From the NCBI GenBank assembly GCA_964016885.1, contig OZ024745.1, positions 55,366,001-55,430,000 on the forward strand: a stretch of 64,000 nucleotides of DNA, in the 5' to 3' direction. Shown piece by piece: positions 51,608 through 64,000 of the stretch. Below the pieces are notes generated by a model that searched no databases, was not told the DNA's origin, and saw nothing but the letters and a program-made list of their open reading frames with translations. This DNA is from Eledone cirrhosa. Lineage: Eukaryota. The first letter of the stretch is position 1, and the number at the start of each line of letters is the position of its first letter. A program made the translations under genes and the position numbers.

Positions 51608-54600
51608 GTATTATTATTCATACTACTACTATATATAGTTTTCTTGGCTTCCTCTTTCATTTAATTGTCTATATCCTAACATCCCCGAGCCAATTAATGA
51701 TTTACCTCTTTAAATCTATTGGGAAATTGAAAGGAAATAAATATGCAGTGAACTCTAAACATATGAATATACAAACTCACTGAACGATATACAATTTCTG
51801 AGAGATCCACTAGTACGGTTTGCAGGAAAGTAAATTGTTTAGCATTTAATTGGTTTCAGAAAGATACTCTATATGTGGTAATCAATAGTAATCATTAGAT
51901 AGGAAGTATTCAACTACGCATCTTTCAAGCTCTACCACCTGTGTATTAAGACTTATACTTAGCAGCAGACTACTGTTGTGTTTAATTTTCACAGATTATG
52001 GATATCAATTATTACTTAATTCAATTTCATATCACGTTAAAAATGACAGTTTCATATTTTATGATATTGCTTATATTTTAATCCAGGGAACGAACAAGAA
52101 ACCAAGTAATATTTGTTTGATGTGACTACGCATAAGTTCCTCGGTATAAAGGTGAAGAGTAGCATATGATTTTTATGTTAGTTGATATATATTTTCTCTG
52201 ATTTCGATTTTGAATAGATGAAGTGTAATCGTGGAGAATTGTGGAGAAGGCAAATTTCATTCTCCACTTATCGGCTTCGTCACACCTTCTCACAATGATT
52301 CTTCATTCCATTTAATGCAATTTACAAAAATATGTAAGTTGCAGTATTAAAGTTAAAATACACCTATTAGATTCCTATCAACCGGACTCTCTATGTAATA
52401 GTTTTGCCCTATATAAATGTTTTAAGACTAAATTTCGTTGATTAAAACACACTGATGTTACTTCATTTGTCATCTAGATAATGAGATGATATTAGGAATA
52501 CTTGAATTTATCAAGTACCAAAAGTAATAATGGTAGTATTTGAATGTAATCTATGAAAAAGAGAGAATTAAATACTCCAAGGTTAGTGCCTCTACTCGTT
52601 TGCTGGATGAACAGGACTTAGCATACACATCTCCCTCTAATCAGACATCCTACAGTTATAAATAACAGCAACACAACAAACGCAAACAGGTAAACGTAGG
52701 TAGCGTAATGTTGACATATATAGAAAACCACAGAATATTTTCAATTGCAACACAGCCAAATATAGAAATTATGTGGAATGCCACAATCGCAAGTAATTTT
52801 ACATTAGAGTCGCAGTATCAGATAGAAAGCTGTTTACTAGAATATCATGTTGGTAATACAGATGTTGCATCTCTTGCAAATAGAAAGAAACAAAGAACCC
52901 ATTATAATACAATTCAGTGAGTTCAGGACTCAATTTGCTCTATCCAATGTTCTTCACCTAATCTGAAATTAAATTATATTGGATGAAAGATTTTGCCAAA
53001 TGTGAAGTTATCCCACAAAGGATATATCAACCATCGAAATAGATTCAGTAATTACACTCAATGTTACAGCTTGTATGTAGGGACTATTAAAAGTGACATA
53101 TGTATTCAAGCCTGAGATTAGGCAGAGACGCACAGAGTTGTAAATGGGCTCGAATGGACATCATAAAATAAATAATATTTGCAACACATACACCTTATAC
53201 GACACACGTATTTATATACTCCACCTAGTCATGAAAGCACAGACACACATACACACATTTGTTTGTATATGTGTATGTGCGAGTCTGAATTCTTTCTTTT
53301 AAGTTATATATAAGAGATAATTACGCAAAATTCTCCATCAGAAATAGTTTTTAACTACAATCATTTGGGTAAAATATATAGATTTATGTTAAAATTCCCT
53401 ACGAGCATCTGAGTGTTACGATCTGTTTTAGACTGAATTATCTCTATACAATTGCGTAACTTTATCCATTCCATATCAGATACTCTAATTAAATAACTTT
53501 ACCTCCTATATGTCATCAACTTCATTCCTTATGAAAGGCAATCGACATAAAAGCACACCAGTCTCATTGTTTATCGGTTCAAATTGCTTTTATTTTATTC
53601 CATTTGCAAGCCTGTTATTTAATCAATCTGCTACGTACGTCAATCCCGTTCATTCTTGCCATGTTATACGATAAGGGCTTACATTAGGAATAGGCTATTA
53701 AATCCAGAGAAAATTGAAGTTGTTCGCAGGTAAATCATTATTTACTTAGTTGCTTTTTACAGAGTAATCGCCAATTGCAATAATCGCCATGTTGCTCCAT
53801 TTTCTTATCGTCTATTTGTGAAACTCATAAGGCTCTGTTATATATAAGGTCATATATAATGCCATTGACAATATTCCAATACCTCATACGTTTTGAGGAC
53901 ATAAGTTGATGGATCTAAAATTATTTCCTATTTGAAATGTTCTTTTCTCATTCGTATTTATAATTCTGACAAACACCGCAGTTAGATTATATCCCAATGA
54001 ATCAGTCACATATCTATATCAGACGTAAATTGCCCCAAACGGCACATTTTGAAGTAGGAATTAATACTTTCCCGCATTTTGAGATTTAACTAATAAATTT
54101 CAAAAGGAATCGCAATATAGATTTTCAGTATACCCTGAAAGAAAGGAAGAGCAAATAATTTGTTGAAGAAAAGGCACGTGTGTATTCAGTTAATATATAT
54201 ATGTATGTGGAAGGGCGGCTTTTCCATCTGCAGAAAACCAAGCCTACGCTTAGTGAGGTCCACTTCGAAATTACTGATTTCCTTTGGGTGTTTCTGTGGT
54301 TAGTTTTGCCTTAAAGATTTAAATGTAGGTTTGTACCTCCGAATACAATCGGGAATACAAATGGCCGACATGAGTGTCCACCGAAGAATCTTTAGAGTAT
54401 CGTTAGTCGATAGATTTCATAGCCTGGAAACAGATATTCACACCATGTAGAGCCGCTACCCTTCCAAATTGAGTGAATATGTGGTTAGAATGTCTCCGGA
54501 AATAATCCCTGGACAGATTTTAGGGGAAAAACAAACCGACTGGAGACCCAGGGATAGATCCCAAAGAAGAAGAAGAAGAAGAAGAAGAAGAAGAAGAAGA

Positions 54601-54646
54601 AGAAACAAAACTTACGGAATGAGAGAGACTCAATAACAATACAGAT

Positions 54647-55236
54647 GTTGCTTACAATAATAATTGTTTCTACTTTAGGCACAAGGCCAGCAATTTCCCA
54701 GTACATTACTGGTACTTTATTTTATCGACCCCGTACGGATCGACCTCGACGGGATTTGAACTCAAACCGTTGCTTACAATAATAATGGTTTCTTATATAG
54801 GCCCATGCCAGTAATTTGGGGGCAAGAGAAAGTCGATTAAATCGACTCCAGTGCGTGACTGGTACTTTATTTTATCGAGCCCGAAAAGATGAAAGGCAAA
54901 GTTAACCTCGGCGGGATTTGAGCTCAGATCATAAAGAGCCGTAACTCTATGCTGCAAAGCATGGCGCTCGACCCTCTACCGATACTCCCAATCCACCGCC
55001 CTCCGTTTTCTACAATAATCATTTATAATCATTTATAGTATAGGCACAAGGCCAGTAATTTTGGTGGGAGGGGAAAGTCGATTAAATCGACCCCAGTCAG
55101 TTACTGGTGCTTTACTTTATCGACTCCGTAAGGATGAAAGGTAAATTTCACCTCGGCGGTACTTGAAGTCAGACCGTAAAGGGACGTAACTCTATGCTGC
55201 AAAGCATGGTGTCTCACTCTCTACCGACACTGCCAA
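54647..55236 (-). mobile_element. Three tandem tRNA-derived SINE copies
   Basis: Copies at ~54658-54770 (5'-truncated, flanked by the 18-bp direct repeat gttgcttacaataataat at 54647 and 54769), 54780-55001 and 55035-55236. Confidence 0.87.
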
Positions 55237-55899
55237 ATAATAATATCAAGAAGAATAATCATCGTGGTTGCCGTCGTTGTCATCGTCTTCTAGGTCATAT
55301 TTCGTTTCGCTGCACTCATTTTTTGTCAATGCTCGTGTTACTGTTACCATCATTTTAAGTACCATCACCCTCTTCCGTATCAGCATCAGCACCACCAGAG
55401 TTAACTAGAGATGCACGTGCATGATGAATATCTTTTTTCTACCTCTTCCGCTTCATCACTCTTCCTCACTCTCGTCATCATCAAATGTTACAACAAAACT
55501 TATATTTTCCTGTCGAAAACATATGTTTTTTAATGCAATATTTCTCAACGAACCTACTGCAATAATACTATTAGATTAAACTCCAATACATCTAGAAACA
55601 TTTCTGCAATTGACGTTTGATCTCTTATTATTGGTTTCTTGTAAGATATTTACGAAAATCAGTTTTCTATTGATGGCGTTCTTCCCTACGATCACAACTC
55701 TTACGTACTTCCACCATCCTAACACTGATTTGGTTATTGTTCCTCACCTCTTATGTTGTGGTTAGATTTTTGTTTTGTTTATTTTTATTTTTGTTTCTCT
55801 TGTTCATTTCAGTACAGTACTTTGTTATTGTTGGTAACTTTGTACTTTCCCTTTTTTTTTTACGCAAAGCGTTTTCCAGAGTAAATATGTTAGTTATAT

Positions 55900-55934
<35 letters not shown>

Positions 55935-58900
55935 AATATAGGGTGCAATGAAAGAAGAATTATAAAACCATATTCATTTCGCATTTAATAATCTAATTGT
56001 GAAAATGGGATAAAATGCCGAGGAAAATTATACCATGCATGAGTGTCAAGTGGACAACTTTTTTGAAATTTCAATAAGGGAACCCTACGAATTCCCTTTC
56101 CAATTTTAATCTTAATACTACGCGCATAGTGATGGGCAGACAGCAACCAATTCAGAAACAGAGCATTAGGAAATGCATTTCATGTAAATAATGAAAACTC
56201 AGAATTGCCGATACTATGACTGGTAATGAGAAAAAATAATTATGATCAAATAAATATCATACATTCGTTTTTAGATTTATGATAACACATGCATTCAAGT
56301 ATACCTTACATACTGTATAAAGATATCTAATAATTTCTGGCGGGTGTGGGTTGTACGAATATGTAGAATACATATGGACGTTCATCATTTAATTTACATG
56401 CAGGCAACTTAAATTTCACTTAACGGTTAGTTCATCTGAGGTCCCAACGGACAGATGAGGAAGACGTTGTTCCGGAGGACTGCGAGGGAAATGTGCCCGA
56501 CAAGCCATCCCTTTTCGTGAGGAACCCTCCTATGGATAGTCAAATCTTCCCCGGCATGGTCCGTGCAGAGATACGGTCTCTGGACTAAGAAAATCGCAAA
56601 ATCCCACTGCTAAAGTCTCGGCCACAAATCTAATGACTATCGACCGATATTTCGCCTGTCTCTCCTCTTTAGATTGTGGAGCAGTGAAGCTTCAGCTAGT
56701 CGTAGAAAGTAACAGGTTGAAAATTGTAGAGAGCTTAGAAATATTAAATTAAAATTGAATAATATGAGAAGCGATTAAACATCGCTGAAGTAAATATTCA
56801 AAAATTGAATTAATACATGGACCAGTATCCATTTATATTTAATTTCGATGTGGTGGTAAATTAACGAGGGCATGATTTGGAAATTTATGATATAAAGCTA
56901 ACGCACACAATTCATCATTATTTAACAATGGGAAACAATGATTTAGCAGAATAGTTACAGCACCAGAAAAATAATTTTCTCATTTAAATTGCCTAAGCAT
57001 TGAATCATTGTATGGAAAGAGCTTTATCTTCTAACGTCCATGCAAGATCTTTTAAATCAGTGCTAAACTAGATTTCAGAATAATATCAACTGATTAGATA
57101 ATATTTGTAGCTCAATTATTGTTTAATTATTAAATATTGATGTTTGTGTCAAGATTTCAATTTGAGACACATTCAGTTTTCATTTGTCTGGATATAGTAA
57201 TTATTCATAATTGAGACGACGGTATTGATATTTAACTGTATCGGACATTTGCGAGCAACACACACAAAAAGCACATGCACTTGCGTGCACTCAAACACAC
57301 ATACACACGCACAGACACACACGCGCACATACACACACACATATACACACACGCATACACATACACACAAACCACACAAATATACACACACACACGCGCA
57401 CACACAAACACACACACACACATATATATATGTATATATATATATATATAAATTCAAAAACAAATAAACTTAACAAATGTTAACAGGAAATAATTTGCAA
57501 AGGATGTACGAACATATTACAAATGAGTGGCATAATGAACTTTACCAAAAATAGGAATGGGATATACCTGACATCCAATAACTATTTTTACTCTTTCGTA
57601 CATATTGCATTAAGGCTTCAGAAATGTGTTTCACCTATGAAATGATGAACTTCAAGAGTCAATTGGATCATCGTCGAGAATTATCGAACTGACACCTTTA
57701 GTGCAAATCTAAGGACTGCCGAACAACATACATGAATAGGCATGTCGATAGATAGAAATAGCAGCCCAAACCATTCAAAAGTAAAAGGTTCTACTGAAAT
57801 ACTATTCAGGAGCATATTTATATTACTAAAATAAATAAAAAGGATGTGTCTGGGAAAATTACAAGCGATATCTCACGTGTTTGTATCTTTCTGACGCCAA
57901 AATCAACGGCTATATACATCTTATTCATTAGCTAATCACATCATTGCATAGTTTTTACAGACATTAAATGTAATTTCCAATATAAGCTTAATTTCTCCAA
58001 ATCACCTCGATCACCTCATCAACTTTGTCGTCAAATAAATCCTATCCTAACTATATATCTGTTTCTAGAATGGAACGGTGTATTCATTCAAGTCCAATTA
58101 GATATCAATAACTGAAAATCTGTGATGTCTTACGGCAATACAGCATCGAGGCAATATTGTAATTCTATGCTTCCGACCAGGCAGTTATGTATATTATAAC
58201 TACTTCAACATTAATTTCGGGAAGTTTGCCGGCTTGTTAATTCATGACATTTATTCAAACTCTCTCTTTCTCTCTCTCTCTCATTATCTCTTTATTTCTT
58301 TCTCTCATTCTGTCTCTCCGAAATAAATGGATCACAACGCATTGATTGGCACAAGAACATGAATTGGTAGCTATTTTATTCGTTTATCTTGTGATATACT
58401 ACATGCTCAACTATCTACGATAATACAATTAATTCTTGTGTCGAGTATCGGGTATTCTAGTGATGTTAATATTCCAATATGTAAACGACTCATGTGTTCA
58501 AATTTCAGTAAGGGGCTACTCTGGATGCGACTCGTACAATTTGGTCTGAATAAAAGAAATATGAACCGAAATCTGGGAGACATCTTTTAAAACTAAAATA
58601 TTCAAATATTTCTCAGTTGTTAATTAACCAGTTGCAACTATGAATCGTTTTAAATAAACATCATACTGAGACCAACGTTATAGATTGATTGTAAAATACG
58701 TGCTACCTAAAATATCATTATGTAATTGATTTAATGATGTATGGAATAAGTGAAAATGTCTCTTGCATATATATCAAAGCAATGACGTATTCTGTTTATG
58801 AGAGCAAACTCAACAATATCATGATATCATAAGTAATTAAATTGTATCGTCAATAAGTAGTATGGCCTATGATTATGGTGGATGAAGGAATTCGCTATTT

Positions 58901-59672
58901 TTGAGTAATTGTAGAATCACCAGTAGGTTTGCCCCAATATGAAAACCTCTAATATATTGCCCAACACAGAATACGCCACCAAACACAAACACAACTTGTA
59001 GTACTGTCGATTCCATACATAACATATTATTTCTTCACGATTTTTACTTTTTTAACCAACACTTTTTATCAACTTACAATATTCTGTTGATAAAATTGTA
59101 TCTGTAGGGCTTATTATAGGTTCTTCCTAAACCATCATTCAACATTCCTATTGAAAATGAACTAATGTAAAAAGCGTGGTAAGAGGGTAACATATCAGTA
59201 TTCGAAAAGTGGCCAAATCCTATGTCCTCTGTAAAGCTATCTCCTACAATATTCGTCTAGTTTCATGCTTTACTTGTTTATTCTTCTTGTAGTTCTCAGA
59301 CACAAAATCAATTCTCACGCAACTGAACTCTGTTCATAAGAAATCCAAGCCTGGCTATCGTGTCTATTGTTCTTTAGACATATTGTGTGCATCCAGTTAT
59401 AATCGGTCAAGAAACTAAGCATGGTTCCTTCATTGTGTCATCATGCTGTATAATTAATCTGACTATAATGTCATTTCATTATAATTTATATTATTCGTAA
59501 TCATCTTCTTAATAACAACGAATAATTTAACCATGATTTGAAGTTATAATTTAGTTGAACATATAATTGAATATGTTTGTATTCTCTTTAACACAATATT
59601 CTTATATAATAATTTAATACACACTAAGGTAAACTAATGAACAAAATCTTAATTTACACTGCAACGGAATAG

Positions 59673-59735
<63 letters not shown>

Positions 59736-61159
59736 CCCCCTCTCTTTCTACTTCTACCTCTCTTTGCATATAAATCATGTATATATCATAAGCATTGTCA
59801 AATTTAGAAAATTTATTTTCATATAGGGGAAAATGTTTTTGTTGATATTCTGTTTATTTTCTGAATACGTGTTACTAAAGCATGTATGGGCATGTTTCAA
59901 TCAATACACGTACACGCTATGATGATGAATGCTTCAAGTCGTAATTAATTATATATGATTCTGATAAGCGATATGCAGAAAAGAGACATGGGACATGAAA
60001 GGGGAACCAGAAGCAATTGATATTGAAAATTATTGAATTCCATTATATTACTAACCTCTGTTGTTGGATGTGTTATTGTCATTTTTCTCAAGCAGAGTAT
60101 TCTAACTAATATCTCGAAACAGCCATTTCCATTGCAATGAACATACCTGCCAAAGTTAAGTCCACATAACTCAAATCTCTACTCAAAAAGAGGTATATTT
60201 TAAAACTAGATTCAAGAAAGTGGTCGATATAACAATCAATGTATATAATATACACATACAGAGAGGCATAGATGCATTTTGCATGATATATCAATCTATT
60301 TCATGTAGAATAGCAAATGTTATAAACCTTGTAAACTATATACTATTATGAATATGTTATATCATTTATAACACATAAGCATAGAATATAATTTAAGAGT
60401 TCCCTAATGTCTATTAACACGAGGAAAATCTATTTCTCTTATATCTAATATATATCGTAATACAAATAATTTGGTCATGCATAGCATCATGTATCAAATT
60501 GGCTGTCTCTAATATTACTCTCTCACTATCTCTTTCTCTCCCTCTCTCTGCCTCTCTCTACCTCTCTCTCTCTCTATCTCTCCTTCTCCCTCTCTCTTTA
60601 TATATATGGATATGTGTGTGTGTGTTAATTATACGTTAATAGTATGGAACAGTATATTAACAATTGTCAAAAATGATTTAATGTATTGCAAAAACCAGTT
60701 TTTATGTGTTACGTTATGTATTAATACAATCACGCATTCAAATGGATTAAATACAATTGTGTTTCCTTCTTGGATATCTAACAGCATAATTATAGGGAAG
60801 CAGGGAGTGAGCTTCTCTCCCTTATTTCACCCAAAAGAAGTAAGTGACATAATCACTACTTTAAAATCGATAGCGATGGTTTTCAAAATGTTTTTAATTA
60901 AACATACGGTATATTGCCAAATATACTATACATACATTCATGTATACATCGATATTTCAGAGCACCAACCCTAATATCTAATATATATATTTATATATAT
61001 GTTGTCGTGGGTTCCTAACTTGTTAACACCGATAACATGGCCTATCCTTCTGAACAGATTTATGAGGATCTCCTCATCGATAAATAAAAATGTTTTTTTT
61101 ATGTATGGCAGAAATGTAGGAAATATAGATCTACCTGTGAAGTCACATTTTAAAAGGAC

Positions 61160-61520
61160 ATGCTACCACCTGACCCTCGTGTCTTGCCCCCTCCCCCGTT
61201 CGTGCCTTGCCAAATTGGAGCGAGTCCCCTTCAACTTCTTGCGGAGGGGACAGGTTCCGTTTGTGAGGTGGTCCATCTAATGCCAGCAGCCTCTACGTGG
61301 AGAGCTCGTCATGCCGTGGCTAAAGGTGCGCAAACATGGCTACAGCATCTCCAGGTATTCTGCCTAAACGTTGAACAGGTGTGGTAGCCATTTGTGACAC
61401 AAGCCTTTCGGCAGCTCGTCTCTTTCACTGAGCTGCTGTCCTGCGTCAATAAGAGACTGAGATAGGGCACCTGTCGTTTGAAATGTTGCAACGCACCCAC
61501 TGCCCTCTACCAGAAGGGAG
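61160..61520 (+). mobile_element. Tx1/L1-clade LINE ORF2 fragment
   Basis: YHLTLVSCP..AKLERVPFNFLRRGQVPFVRWSI*CQQPLRGELVMPWLKVR matches the post-RT 'FLW..P..GGL..P' region of Tx1/L1 ORF2. Confidence 0.7.
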
Positions 61521-63049
61521 GTTAATACTGTCAGTGTAACTTCCATTCCAGGATTAATGGTGGGCAAGGGAGACGGTTTAACGCCGCTATTTTTACAATT
61601 GATCAATTTATTCTACATTTTGTTTGATACAGTTTTAGATATACAGCAACATCTACATATAGATTGATGTGCTTTTGTTGGTGCCACTTAAATAGACTTG
61701 TATCAAACAAAACCAAATACCCCATACGTTACTGCACTATTCGTTGCATCTTTTTATACCTGGATGATTACATTGTCTGTGTCACATGTTAAACGACATC
61801 AACCCTCATCTAGTCGCTGGTACATACATCTAGCTAAAACAAACGCAGGGCTTCATGATAATACTCTGATAAATATCAGGAGAGTGGTCGATTATTTCGG
61901 CGTACACATCTTGTGGCAACAATCACGTCAACTTCAGATCAACATAACAGAGCTTTATTCTGCATAAATTATATTTCCTTCTTCAGAAATATTATAATAA
62001 CCCATCGAATTTTACCTGAGATAATATAATTTTAGAAAAAAACCGTATCTCGAAAAATATATATATTTTTAGTTTGGTAATTCAATTAAATGTGTCCTGT
62101 TTTTACTTTTAACTTTAAAAGAAACCGTGTTTCAATAAAACAATTCAGTGATTTTTATATGCTAATTTGTCAATCTAAATTATTTTACGTATATAGGACT
62201 TTCCAAGGAAGTGGAAGGAGGAATGCAAAAAAAATTAAACAAAAGTTTACATTAGATGTGAATAAAATTTCATGCTATATGTAAAAATCATATGAATAGG
62301 ATGTAAAATTAAAAATAATATATGTCGATAATTAAAAATATTGAAGTTGTGAACATCGTACATAATATATAACACGGCGAAAATAACAAAACATGATTCA
62401 TCTTACTGCTGTACAGAAATTTCAATCCTTTTCACAATCACAAGTTAACTGAAACTGCGTGAATGTGTACTTAAATTTACACATGTTAGTATAATGACAT
62501 TAAAAATACAAACATGCAAAATGTATGCAATTAACTGTAAAATGAAAATAATAATTAACATTTTAGAAGATATTTGAGCATTGAAATTTTTTTTTTTTTC
62601 CTTCAGAAGGTCATTATATCCTCCAAGCAGATACAAGGAGCCATTCTACTGGTGGGATTATATTTGCTAGCACTTATAGTAGCATCCTGAAATGCATGTG
62701 CTAATTTGCACAATATTAGCGCCCGTGTTGGGAATTAATTAAGATATTTCTTAATTATATAGGCTAAACAGATGCACTTCGAAATGGATATTCTCGGCTT
62801 TTTTCGATACCTATATGAATAGTGTGCATATATATTTATATATTTACGTAGTGCTAGGTACCTTTATTCGGCATGTATATATACATACATATCTATGTAT
62901 ATATATATATGTGTGTGTGTGTGTGTATTCGTGTACATGTATTCGTGTGCAAACTGCCGATATGCATGTGCCAAAAATGTTGCTAGGGTATTCCATCTCA
63001 GTAATCTAATAGAGACAGGAAGTTGTACGAGCAAAAGCAGCTCCAAGAG

Positions 63050-63151
63050 TGACGCAGCAGTAGCAACATCATCAACAGTAACTACCCCAGTGGTATTATC
63101 AGCAGCAAATGCAACGTCATCATATGTCCCCGTCGTAGTAGTAGAAGTAGT

Positions 63152-63189
<38 letters not shown>

Positions 63190-63230
63190 TAGTAGAGCAG
63201 CAGCAGCAGCAGTAGCAGCAGCAGCAAAGG
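63050..63230. repeat. Degenerate (CAG)/(TAG) trinucleotide repeat
   Basis: Seen directly. Confidence 0.85.
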
Positions 63231-64000
63231 CAGTGATATTAGTTGTAGCAACATCAACGGATGTAATGGTAGTAGTAAACTCACAGTTAAATATGTGATA
63301 TGTGATATCTTTAAAGTTTGGGTTTAAGCGGAATAATCCATGAAATCCTTGTTTTTCATTCTTTACGGCATTTGGGGATTGGGTAGGAAGAAGTTATTTC
63401 AATGTAATATTTACTTGTATACTGAAACAGAGGCAATTCAGCCAGTCACAGCAGACCAGTGAAGTTGTGAGTATGCCATACAATGCAGAATGTAGATTTA
63501 GACCATCGAACGAAAACTAACACACATTTATTAAGGTGTATTTAGCGATGTTCACCTTGTTGCAGTCTCTCGGATCACATTTTTATTCTAAATATATTTA
63601 AACCACTAGTCTAAGATATACAAATGGTAAAGGCTGCTTACATTTGTTTTAAATTCAGATAATATAAAGCACCGCCTAAATATAACAGATCGATTTCAGT
63701 CACAGAATGGGAATTGTTTTAGCCATGGTTATACAAAGTGCTGTTGACTTGATCGATCCATTAAACCTGCGTATGTGCTCGTTTTCATATCTACTGTGCC
63801 ATTCACATTTCCGGCAAGTTATATTTTTGAAAGGAAATAACTTGCTTCTAAATCAATAACTTCACAAACATTTGCATTGGTTTTGAGATATTGTTAATCG
63901 CACATGTATAGATTTAAAAGCCATACGAATATGTTTGTTAAATCCTCGGCTTGAAAGTATGAGTAATGATGCAAGCGTGATGTATATGTAAAAGCCTGAA

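Noticed and set aside
62606-62650. Possible 45-nt + strand exon after a strong polypyrimidine/AG acceptor
   Set aside because: Weak donor (gtggga), no partner exons and no recognisable domain.

Overview
AT-rich, microsatellite-dense eukaryotic DNA. The SINE, MITE and LINE repertoire suggests an octopod cephalopod (inference). No convincing host gene is visible beyond two weak candidate exons, and most ORF-track calls are translations of microsatellites. Recognisable elements are: two decayed RTE-type LINEs (one with a twin-priming 5' inversion, inserted into a SINE with a 10-bp TSD), CR1-like and Tx1-like LINE fragments, about a dozen tRNA-derived SINE copies, three 5'-truncated Penelope-like elements (PLEs) with GIY-YIG remnants, and a ~2.8-kb-period tandem duplication. 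The most striking signal is about 27 type I hammerhead ribozyme (HHR) motifs read by eye, about 12 with an intact CUGANGA/GAAA/NUH core. They belong to many unrelated families. Most lie in short non-coding units inside or beside (TA)n tracts, often as fold-back inverted pairs, with palindromic (dimer-type) helix III. This looks like a (TA)n-associated system of PLEs plus non-autonomous ribozyme mini-elements (retrozyme-like). All coordinates and structures were read manually and need computational confirmation.
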